From: the human T2T-CHM13v2.0 reference genome, Homo sapiens
Strand: one strand, 5' to 3'
Assembly (NCBI RefSeq): GCF_009914755.1
Contig: NC_060931.1
DNA length: 64,000 bases
Part shown: positions 49,601 through 60,400 of the stretch, piece after piece
Numbering within the stretch: the first letter of the stretch is position 1
Layout of the letters: the number at the start of each line of letters is the position of its first letter
Program-made: the position numbers and the translations under genes
Notes under the pieces: generated by a model
Seen by the model: the letters and a program-made list of their open reading frames with translations, nothing else
The model's database searches: none
What the model was told of the DNA's origin: nothing

Positions 49601-51327
49601 TAGAAATGTTCTCAGGTATTACAAAGTATGGAGGAGCTCTTATTTTTTTTTTCAAGACTGCCATTTGAAAAGTTTTATTAAATGTGAAAATGTTCTTATT
49701 TAGAACATTTGAGCTAAATTTGATGAGTAAGATCATTGAAATGGTTTACTACTCATCAAAAAAAAGAATTTTCAAATTTTATATGTAGAGAATTCATCTA
49801 CAAGGGATCTGAAGTATAAGCCAGAGAAGACGAAAGGAGAATTTGAGGCCTTTCTCCCTTCCCTTTCTTTTTCAGCCAAATCCTCCTTCCCCTGGGTTGT
49901 CTTTACTTACTGCAATCTCATCTTTTCCCAGTTTAATAAGAGACTATTCTATTTAAGTTTTCTTTTTTCTTAGTATGGTTATCCGAAGTGTAGTAAGTGG
50001 ATAAAACCTAAAGTCTTTGGAATTCACAGCAAGTTCAGCTAATAAGAAATAGGACATTTCTGTTTTTCTTTTAACCAGTTTGCCAGATCATCCTTTATAT
50101 TAATTCTGCTTTGCAGTTGACTTTTAATTTATGTCTTTCTCTTCTTCCTTAGGAAAGAAACCTATTCCCTGAATCTGAGGAGCTGACTTAAATGCTCACT
50201 TTTCTGAAGCACAGCACCAATTCATGTCTTTTATTATATGTTAGTCACTGTCATTGTGGTTAAGTACAATGTAGCACGGATGGAGCATTTTTTAAAGACA
50301 CACAAAAACACACACACAAACACACATGTCAATGGTTTTTCTTTGATGAATATGGCAAGCTGTTCATTTTTTCACAGCTGTGAAAGAAGGCAGCCAATTG
50401 TGATAAGTAAAATGCAGGTATCCATGTCAGCTTCTCACTTGAGAGAGTAAAACTAAGTTAAAGCTAAAACTTCACTGAATTCTTATACCTGGCCATATAT
50501 TTATATTTGAGCAACAATTTAAAAATAATTTATGTTTCACCATTCTGAAAAGTAAAGTAGAATATTGGGCACAATGAGAGATCCAACTGAGAGGGTATTG
50601 CAAAGTGATATTTAAATATTATATTTGGCCATAAACAAACTCTAAATTAAGGTTTACATTTGAACCAAAAACAGAAAGTTATTTAAAAGCAAAAAAAAAA
50701 AAAAGTTTCAGTGGGTTTCTAGCATAAGTACCCTTAATTAAAACAAACGCAGTAACAAAATATTTAGGAAAAATTATAAGGAAGTCTATTAATTCCACAT
50801 AGCCTGAAGTATCAGTCACAATGCTAGAATTTTAGTTTTAGTTTTGATTTTGATCAAAAAATAATGTGTGCTAAGTGCTAAGCATATTCTGATGAAGGTT
50901 TCTATTAGGTTAGTTCTATTAGATATACATATGTTCAGAATACAAAAAAAGAGGCAAGGAATTTGGGGGAAACTTAGGCCAGAGGTGAGAGCAAAAGGAA
51001 AATTCCAGTTGTAAAGTAAACAAAACTTATAAGACAGACAAACGGCAGGAATGGCAATGCAAAGCACACCAAAGCACTATCCAAAAATGTATTGGCCAGG
51101 TTTCTGGAAAGGAAAGTTGAAGAAACTAAAGTGCTGAAAAGGAAAAAGGGCAAAAGGACACGTTGATAATGTGGGTTGAAACATCAGGATCCATAAATAG
51201 GGACTGTTCCAAGAAGAAAATAACTTTATTTTCTTTAATAATGCTAACAGTGCATGAAGAAGAGCCTGTACTTTGAAACTCTTTTTAATTGGGGAATAAC
51301 CTTTCAATGGGGAAACATTGCTCTAAA

Positions 51328-51482
51328 GCAATGGTTCTTAAAGTATGGTTCCAGTCCAGCATGACTGACATCACTTTAATTTGTCAGAAATGCAAAATAT
51401 TGGTCCCACTCAGACCTAGAAATCAGACAGGTGGCTGAGACCCATAAATCTGCATTATGAGCGTAAGAAATTCTGATGCAGG
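51328..51482. mobile_element. MER5A-like hAT-Charlie element
   Basis: CAATGGTTCTTAAAGTATGGT...AGAAATGCAAA...CAGACCTA...AATCTGCATT. Confidence 0.65.
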
Positions 51483-54308
51483 CTCTGGGACCCTCTCGCT
51501 GTTCCGTAGAGGGGAGCTGTTGTCTCAGAGCTTCAGAAAGCACCCATCAGAATGAGAATGCCTCTGATAAGCACTCTCAGCTTCTTGCAACATCTATCCC
51601 TGTGACCCAGTGGCTTAACATTGGCTTTCTATCTGGAGCAGGAGGAAACAGACAGAGGAACCCTTCTCATTCTATAGCATACCTCGAAATAAATCAGCTC
51701 ATAAATCAGTTTTGTTTTCTCACTGTCCCAGAAATCTGTTCTGCTTTTTATTGATTATTCTAATAGGGATGAAAAGGCTTGCTTTCTCAGTATTTGAAAA
51801 TGATATTAACTATGTCTATTTTCTCCTGATTATAACAATGTGAAGCAAAGACCACAATGAACACAAATTCCACATGGAAATCTTGAAAGATAAGTATCTT
51901 CCGGACAGCAAAGCATTTTGTAAGTTTATGTACCCTGCTTATATGCCACAGACACCATCACGGTTTTTCTATTGCTAAACCAGGTAATTATTGCAATAAT
52001 AGTTAATATTTATTGAGCATTTGCTGGGCTAAGCATTGTGTTGAGAAAACTCTTATTTAGCCGTCACAACAGGTCTATGAGGTAGGCACTCTTACAATTC
52101 TCATTTTGCATAAGGTGAAACTGTAACTTAAGGAGGGTAAGTAACTTGCCTGAATTACCCATTTAATAAGGAAATGGTAGACAGGGTTCCTAGCTACTTC
52201 TGATGGCAGATCTCATGTCATTAACCACCACAATCAATACCTGTCTGTGCCTTTTATCTTTATTAGACAGTTTGCCAGGGTTCTGTCTTTACTCTTGTTG
52301 GCTTTCACCACCCATCTTGTTCTGGGGTTTTGTTTCCAACCAACACCAACAAAGAAGTGAAACACAATCTAAATAACCTTTTCTCCCCATCCATTCCTCT
52401 TCTTACCCAGAAATAAAGTATGTAGAGTGTATAGTTTTAAGGGTTTCACTGCCAACACAGTGGGAGGATTAAATACCTACAACTAACAAACATGGGAAAG
52501 GTAGTATCCTTTTTTCTTTAAAAAAAAAAAATCTTATAATTGTGTTTTATCATCCCTGAATTTATTACCAAATTTCAAAATGAGTCTCAGGGAATTTCTC
52601 TGGACTTTGTACATTTTGAGAGAAGATAGAGTGAAGTGAGGAAAACAGGGCTGGAGAAATACATAGGTATTTTCATAACATGGCCTATTACGGCATCATC
52701 CTTACCAGCCTTATACGTAACATCATCCTCAATGCCTTCCTCCCTCTCACCCTACTCATCCAATTGCACCCTCTAAATAACTCTGTATTTAGTCACTTCT
52801 TCCCATTTCCATGGCTATTGTGTTAAGTATCACCTGAGGAGGTTTCTGGATTATAACCTGAAGGCAATAGAGGTATAACAAGGTGTTTTAGGTAGTGAGG
52901 TAGCATAATCAGATATGCATTTTATATGCAGAGAACAGATTGGAAGGAAGTAAGACCAGAGACAAGGAGATGAATGAGGTAGAAATGCATCAGATAAGAA
53001 GCACAAGAGCACTAAACGGGGCAAACGAAGGACACTTACATATTGGGTTCCGTTCCTTTAGGAAAAGAAAAGGTTTATTGCTACCAAATTAGGCATTCTT
53101 TTAACACTCATTCAATAAATACTTCCTGTGCACTTACCATGTGGGATATATGACACTGGGCTATGGCGATATAGCAGTAAAGAAAACAGAATGCAAAAGC
53201 ACTTCTAAGTGGTCAATGCTTTTTTGCTAGCGGCCATGACACCCTTACATGAATGAATGCTCTGAGAGACTATTTTACCAAAGGAATGAAGAAAAAAGAG
53301 TATTCCTGTGTAGGTCACTGATTTGAGGATGAAGACATAGCACCAAGAAGGTAGAAGTTAATGAAGACGAACTTCCCCTATCTCACAGTCTTAACTAGGT
53401 CTTCCCCCAGATAGAAAGGAAGTAATTGGTCATTGGTTACCATTAAATAGAGACATATATTCAAATTTTTTAGGTGTGCTGTCATCCAGCATAGAGTGAG
53501 ATCAAAAGTGAATAGGATCTAGTTCAGTTCAGTCTGAATTTGGAAAAAAAGAAAAAAAAAGAGTAAAAGACCCTTAGCTCCAGTGAACTGCAAGTAGAAG
53601 CCCCAGTGAGAGCTGGTTACCTCCAGGAGGGTCATAAGGTTGTGATGCTTGGGGATGGACAGGCATCAAAATGATAGCCAAGAATGACAGTGGATGAAGA
53701 ATTGAGAAGGAAAACAACCACAGCGAATGGGGCTATGAGTGCAGCACTGGGCTGACAGGCAACAAACCTAAATTTGATTCTCTCCTCTCCACAATCTGTA
53801 GGGTCCTGGACACATGAGGCAACTCCTCTGATCCTCTTTTCTCATCTTTAAAATGGACATAATAATACCTGTCCTACTTACCTCACAGTGAGGATAAAAT
53901 GAGATACTAATAAAATGCTATACAATATAAAACTCTTACTAGTTTTATATTCATCTCATACTGTAAAAAGTAAGATATACTTTAAATTCGTTTTTGAAGG
54001 GGAAAAATACAGATGTATGGATGGAAAGTAAATGAAGAGATAGAAACAAGGAAATTATTATGATCTACTACCATGTAAGCTCCTAAAAACAAGGAGCACA
54101 TTTTAGTCAGTTTTGTATCCCAAGAATCTGGCATATCATGAATTATTAAATGTTGGTTGAATTAGCATACCAAAAAATGAAGTGTTACTGATTTTCCTAG
54201 GGATGACTCCGGAAAAAGTGTCCGTGGCCTTCCATACCTTTCTATGGATGTAAATATGGAGTCATAGAGTCATTGACCAATTACATAGTAGTTTAAACCT
54301 GATTTAGA

Positions 54309-54445
54309 GGAATGAAATACTACCTATTTGACTGATGGGTACACTAAAAGCCCAGACTCCACCGCTATGCAATATATCCATGTAACAACAACTGCACTGC
54401 ACTTGTGCCCCTAGATCCCTAAAAATAAAAAAATTAAAAAAAAAT
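54309..54445 (+). mobile_element. L1PB-like 3' end fragment
   Basis: GATGGGTACACTAAAAGCCCAGACT...ATGCAATATATCCATGTAACA followed by an A-rich tail. Confidence 0.7.
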
Positions 54446-54447
54446 CC

Positions 54448-54553
54448 AGCCAAACTTGGTGACGCATCCCTACAGTCCCAGCTACTTGGGAAGCTGAAGT
54501 AGGATTGCATGAGGCCAGGAGTTCAAGGCCAGCTTGTACAGTATAGCAAGACC

Positions 54554-54561
<8 letters not shown>
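54448..54561 (+). mobile_element. FLAM-like Alu monomer; its 3' end is duplicated as a TSD at 55022-55038
   Basis: TACAGTCCCAGCTACTTGGGAAGCTGA...GAGGCCAGGAGTTCAAGGCCAGC...AGCAAGACCCCATCTCT. Confidence 0.75.

Positions 54562-54606
<45 letters not shown>
54557..54606. repeat. (TC)n microsatellite, about 22 units
   Basis: Read directly from the sequence. Confidence 0.95.
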
Positions 54607-54607
<1 letters not shown>

Positions 54608-54791
54608 TTAACTAAAAAGTAAACTTTAATTTCGAAAATGCAAACTTGGGGAAGACAGAAAGATCACAAACAAGGCTGTCACTTCACACTTGGAAGGTTG
54701 CACAGCGGCCAGGCAGAGGCGCTCCTCACTTCCCAGATGGGGTGGGGGCCGGGCAGAGATGCTCCTCACTTCCCAGACAGTGGGGGGGCCG
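54607..54791 (-). mobile_element. SVA2-type element: two 40-bp GC-rich VNTR units plus the unique 3' tail
   Basis: The VNTR unit GCTCCTCACTTCCCAGA recurs at 54721 and 54761. The minus strand continues GCTGTGCAACCTTCCAAGTGTGAAGTGACAGCCTTG...CCCCAAGTTTGCATTTTCGAAATTAAAGTTTACTTTTT, matching the SVA2 3' end as I recall it rather than SINE-R. ATTAAA signal at 54625-54630. Confidence 0.8.
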
Positions 54792-55021
54792 TTTTTTGTT
54801 GTTGTTGTTGTTGTTTTCTTTGAGACAGAGTCTCGCTCTGTCACCCAGGCTGGAGTGTAGTGGTGTGATCTCGGCTCACTGCATCCTCCACCTCCTGTGA
54901 TCAACAGATTCTCGTGCCTTAGCCTCCCGAGTAGCTGGGACTGCAGGCACGCACCACCATCCTCGGCTAATTTTTGTATTTTTAGTAGAGATGGGATTTT
55001 GCCATGTTGGCCAGGCTGATC
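54792..55021 (-). mobile_element. 5'-truncated Alu (S/J type) with (CAA)n tail, fused directly to the SVA2 VNTR
   Basis: Alu right arm, linker and end of left arm; the tail appears as (TTG)n on the + strand. Confidence 0.9.
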
Positions 55022-55964
55022 AGCAAGAACCCATCTCTAAAAAGAGATTGAAAAGAAATTTAAAAACTGGTCCAGACTATGCCTCAGGCTTAATTAGTGG
55101 ATTGCCTTATTTCTTGCTCCTCAAAGTGTACTTTCTGCAGCACTATCAGTCTATCCCCATTGCTGGCCTGTGACAATATAAGTACAGAAATTGAGAATAA
55201 GCGTTTAGATATTTTTATAGCAATTTGACAGTATAATTTTACATCTATTAAATTTCTTTTAAAAATGGCTTGACTTTTCTGTCTTCTTAATTGTACTATT
55301 AATTAACTTTATTGTATTTTTCAAAAGAATTGGTGTATGACAGATTGGGTTGGGGGTGCTGAACAGTCCTTCATCACAGGCCGCTTGAGAAACACCGGCC
55401 TGGTTTATTACCCTTAGTACTGTCACTAGTTTCTTCCCTCAAAAATTACCAATGTGATACTTGAGATGTCATACCTGTGCAAGCCCTTAGGCTTTTTATG
55501 AGTCCTGCAAATTAAAATTGATTTAAGAGCAGATAAGCAGATCCTGGGTTAGGTAATTACCAGAGTGCTTAATCCAGTGAGAATAAGGACCTGCTGTCTC
55601 ATGATATCACGGAACAAGGTCCAAAATAGACAAGATTTTACCACAGCTCCTACCTACTAAGGCATAACCTTGGGTGAGCAACTCTTTGAGATAATTTTCC
55701 TGTTACTAAAATGGGGATAATTATTTCTATATTAAAGAAATTTGAAGTATTCTATATTACAGGAATAAATGGCTCTGCAGAGGTTGCTTAGCATAGAACC
55801 TGGCACTTGGAGGGAATTCACTAATTCTGGGTATTACTACAGTTGTTTGTTTTGGCAGATCCTCTGGGGCAGGAGTAAGCCTCAGGAGAAATTTGAGAAA
55901 GGGCTAGGATCAATGGACTCTGACGGCAGAAAGTGGCGCAGATCCTGGTAGACTATTTCGTCTC

Positions 55965-56340
55965 AGATGGTTCTGACCATAACCTGCATCAGTGCTTCCT
56001 GGCCTTAACTGCATGCACATCACTTGGGCATCTTATTAAACTGCAGACTTTAGTAGATCCTGGGGCCTGGGATTCTACATTCTAATAATCTTCCAAGTGA
56101 GGTGGATACTGCAGGTCCACAGACCATTCTTTCAGCAACAAGGCTATAGAAAAAGTTCTGACTTTAGCAGGTAAGAACCATCTAGAGGGAATGCTAAGTA
56201 GATTGCTGGACCCCATCCCCAGAGTTTTCAGTTTAATAGGTCTTGGGTGTGGTCTGAAAATGTGGATTTCCAACAAGTTCTATCAGCATCAGGTGATGCT
56301 GTTTGTACTAGCACGGGAACCACACTTGAAGAAGCATTCC
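55965..56340. mobile_element. Cluster of MER5/MER5B-like hAT fragments
   Basis: GCAGGTCCACAGACC..., AGATTGCTGGACCCCATCCCCAGAGTT... and GGGAACCACACTTGAAGAA motifs. Confidence 0.6.
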
Positions 56341-56749
56341 CTTAGACTATGAAACAGAAATCTTGGTTTTTTCATTGATTTTAAGCAAATAATCAACTTG
56401 TCTCAGTTTCCTTGTTTATAAAATGAGGACAAACTGAACACTCTGTAAGATCCTTTTTAGTTCTAAAATCTATCAATTCTTATTAGCAGTTATTTCAAAA
56501 TAAACTAATATGCATTGGTAATTATGAAATCCATGTAAATACATTTTTAAACAAATAGTGTTTCCTCTATTCAAAAACGATGAATAATGACACAGCTATA
56601 CCTAGGAAAGAATACTCACCTGCAACCTTCTTTGCCCTACTGGGGTGTGGTAAGTTTAGCTTGACAGAACCATTTCTCTTTTAATAGAACCATTGTTTTT
56701 AGAGCCTGGAAATCTTAAGACTTCTGCCTGTTTTCTTTATGAGAAGCCC

Positions 56750-56774
56750 GAGAGAGAGAGAGAGAGAGAGAGAG
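56750..56774. repeat. (AG)n microsatellite
   Basis: Read directly from the sequence. Confidence 0.93.
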
Positions 56775-57179
56775 CTTTCCATTTTTGACTTGTTATATTC
56801 CAGGCTGGTCTTAATGTTGTCATTTAGGGACCAGACACTATACTGTGCACTTGATGTTGATTATCTTACTTAGCTCTCACCACAAATTCATGAAGGAATT
56901 GTTCATCTCATTTTTCTACTTAGAAAACTAATGCTTGAAGGTTTTAAGCAAGTTACACAAGTTTCCGCAGGTGGTAGTGATGGAGCTAAAATTAACGCCC
57001 AGCCCAAGGATGACAGAGCCAACACTCTTAACCACTGTGCTGTAATCATGTAGAGTAGAAAAAACAATGGGCAGAAGGGGAGGCTGTTTGATACTTTCAG
57101 GGTCAACATTTAAACTGCAGATAATCCTGCTTTCCCAGCTCTCTCAATCCCTAATGATGGAAGATAGTGACAGTAAAAA

Positions 57180-57455
57180 GTTATGTTGAGTCTGAAAGGT
57201 GCCAAACCCAAAAGAGAATGTACTCTGTGATTACATATCAATGTGAAGTTCAAGAATATTAAAAACTGATCTAATGTGACAGAAGTTAGTAGAGTGACTC
57301 GCTCTGGAGGAGTGAACAGGGGCAGGAGGGACCTTTCCCAGGCAATGAAAATATTGATGTGGGTAGTAGTCAAAAGGGTGTATCCATATGCAAAAACTCA
57401 TTGAGCTATACATGTAAAATTTGGTCATTTACTCTATATTAATTCTACTGCAATA
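57180..57455 (+). mobile_element. L1MD/ME-type 3' fragment
   Basis: ATGTTGAGT...AAAAGAGAATGTACT...AAAACTGATCTA...CAAAAACTCATTGAGCTATACA. Confidence 0.65.
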
Positions 57456-60400
57456 GAAAGGCATCTGGGAGCAAATATACATATATACATACGTATGCCT
57501 ATCTTCTCCGATATATATCCAACCATGTATTCATAATTCCTCACTTAGTTTCTAAAGGTTAGTGAGAATTTACCACCCCATTTCACAGACAGATTAAGTA
57601 AGGCAGAGAGAGAAATCTATAGCATGTTACTGGTTTTCTAGTTCTCAGTGTTCTTCAGAACTTTATACTAATCGCAGAAACAATAAAAGCTTTTTTGCCT
57701 TAGGCCAGACACGTTTGTAAAAAGGCAAAACTCGGTATAAAATGTGTCTCCCCAAACCATAAATTATATTCTTTTCAACAGCGTGTGATTTTATATACCA
57801 CATTCAGGACAACTCTAAAGGGATCATTGTTTTTTCAGCAAAACTGCTTTATTTGCTAATATTCAGCTCATCCGTACTTTCTTCATCTTGGTCTGTGATA
57901 ATGTGTCCCCTCATTTCTTTGTAAGATAATGGAAGATAATTCCCTAAGAATCCCATTTGCTATCTCTCTCCATTGGTAAGGTCACTTAATTTAGTGTCTT
58001 CATTAAGTACCACTCAAAGTTTAATAATTGTGCTGGCACCAGTGTCCCCTCACTCCTCTCCCAATGTATTTTGTGTCATCTATGCTTGTTACAACTCATC
58101 CCCCTTCATCTGCCCATAAACTGCAGTCATGATATTTCATGATATTATGAACACTATGTAATTTACAAATGGCCTCGCATACCTAAAGGACTGTTTAGAA
58201 AGAAAGAATAAATTGTTGCAGAGAAAGCTAGAGAAACAAGTGGAATCACGAAGTTTCATTAGAGACAGCTCAAAGGAAGAGATTTTTACAGTGGTAGTTT
58301 CTTATTCTTAGACAAGGAGCAGACACTTGCAGGGGGGAAATAAAACAGGCAGCTATTTTGTGTTCCTAATTAAATTGTTTGCCACCAGTGGCAAAACAGA
58401 ATCTGCCGCTATTAAACAGGCCACATCAAGGTAATCAACACTGGCTTACTAAATCTATTTCAGTGCAAGAGAGAACTGCAAACCTAAACAAACAAACAAG
58501 CAAAAAAATACATTGCATACCTTTGAAGTACTTTTTGTATATGAGAAGCCTGCCTCGAATGTTGAAAAAAGCAAAAGCCTCGAATTCACAGGAAGCAACA
58601 TTTTTAACCTGCCCCACTGTATCCAGGTGTCAGGGAGATTCTGAATAGTCGGTAATTCTCAAAGCTACAGAACAGGAGTCTGCTTTTTCTCCCACACCTT
58701 GATGCACAGTTCCTATTAAATGTAGCTGGAGTTACAAACCATAGGAGAAAAAAATGCATCTGTCTCCTCTGCAACATTAGAATTGTGAACTGAATATTCT
58801 CACTGCCTGGGGTTTCATAGAAAACATCTGAATTATCTTTCAATGTACTGGAAAAATAAACATTAACTGCACACTTGTCCTTCTCATTTTCTGCTTTGGG
58901 ATCATGCAATGCTAGTGTTAGTTAAAATATTTTTTAAATTATAACTCTCAAAGTGTTAGGACTCTTGCAATTGTACCACATCGTTGAACGTTTCCCTGGT
59001 AAAGACGTTATTCTTTAAACTGTGGTTTTCTGTTCACATCACAAATGAGAAATAGTGAAGAGATAATGCGAGGTTTAACTAGTATTTAGACATTTCTACT
59101 TTAAGACACATTTAGGTGCTTTAAGAGATAAACAGTTCCCCAGCCCACCCCACATGCGCCCCCACCCCTGCCCTGCCTCCCGGCACCCCCATGAAAACTG
59201 CAGAGTCAAGTAGTAGGGGGAAAATATAGTTCCCTACAAGGGTTTACTTCCTAATGCTGCTGCCTGATTTTAGTTCCCAGACAAGTGACAAGCCAAAACA
59301 AAAAGATAAATAAAAATCAAACACATATACAACAACAAAAACAACCCCTCACATTAACATAGGGGCCTCCTGGTGCTGGAAGCTGAAACTCCTCACAGGA
59401 TCTTCTATACGCAAAAATCTGGTCTTATTTTTCTTTAACATAAGGAGAGAGTAAGATAGGGCTGAGAAATGTGATCTCTGCTGGCAGAAAAGAGAATAGA
59501 ATCAGCTACTTTTATGAACACATTTAAAGCCTGTGTCATAACTTCAGAAACCTTGATGTGATTGAAGCTTAGTAAATTTCAGGAGATCTGCTTTAAAATG
59601 GTTTTGTACTATTCTTTGAGAAGTCACTTTGTTTTGCCAGCTCTGGATGCTAATAGGGACTGGTATTTTTTCCTGGCTGTGTCAATGACATCACACAAGT
59701 TGCACTCCACGATGACAAATATAGAGGAACAAAGTCCACAGAGGCATGGGCAGCAGCGATCAGGGAAAATGCCATCATGCAAAGCTCTCTCTGGTTAGAT
59801 AGCTTGCATTTTCTGAGTGTTGGTTGCTTACTTGTTCTTAAAGATATACATCTTTCTTTAAGAAATTAAAGAAATGTTAATCTGGAAATCAACATAGGGT
59901 CTTTTCTTCATTGTATGAGAAACATCATTGTAAATATCACTTCTCTCTGCATTCATGAAATGCTGATTATTAAGAATATATATCATAATCCACAAAAATC
60001 TAGACACTGATCTTTGTTAGCTATTTCACATATAAGATAATATGTTCATAAAGATGTATACAGATAATTTAATGTAGAATTTAATAATCAGCCCAGTTTA
60101 TGTGCCACTGAAAGACATAGTACTTAGGAAATACAGTATATTTCTGTTTTTCTAAGAAAGTTAGGGAGTATGTTTAATTAATGCTAAAATGCAATAGAAT
60201 TCCTATGGAAGTACTTATGACATCCCCATGAATACCAAATGAGTTCATTATGATCTGTGTTATTACAATGAATACCACATGAATTAATAATGCTGGAACA
60301 CTCAAAATGAAGTGTTACCAAGTGTTGTGGTATAACAAATATGGTTAAATATTATGTGATTAAAGTTACTATAAGCTGAGTTTCGATCAAAAGAAAGCAA

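Noticed and set aside
54607-54791. Canonical SVA (A-F) element
   Set aside because: No CCCTCT hexamer, antisense Alu-like domain or SINE-R; the 3' sequence fits SVA2.
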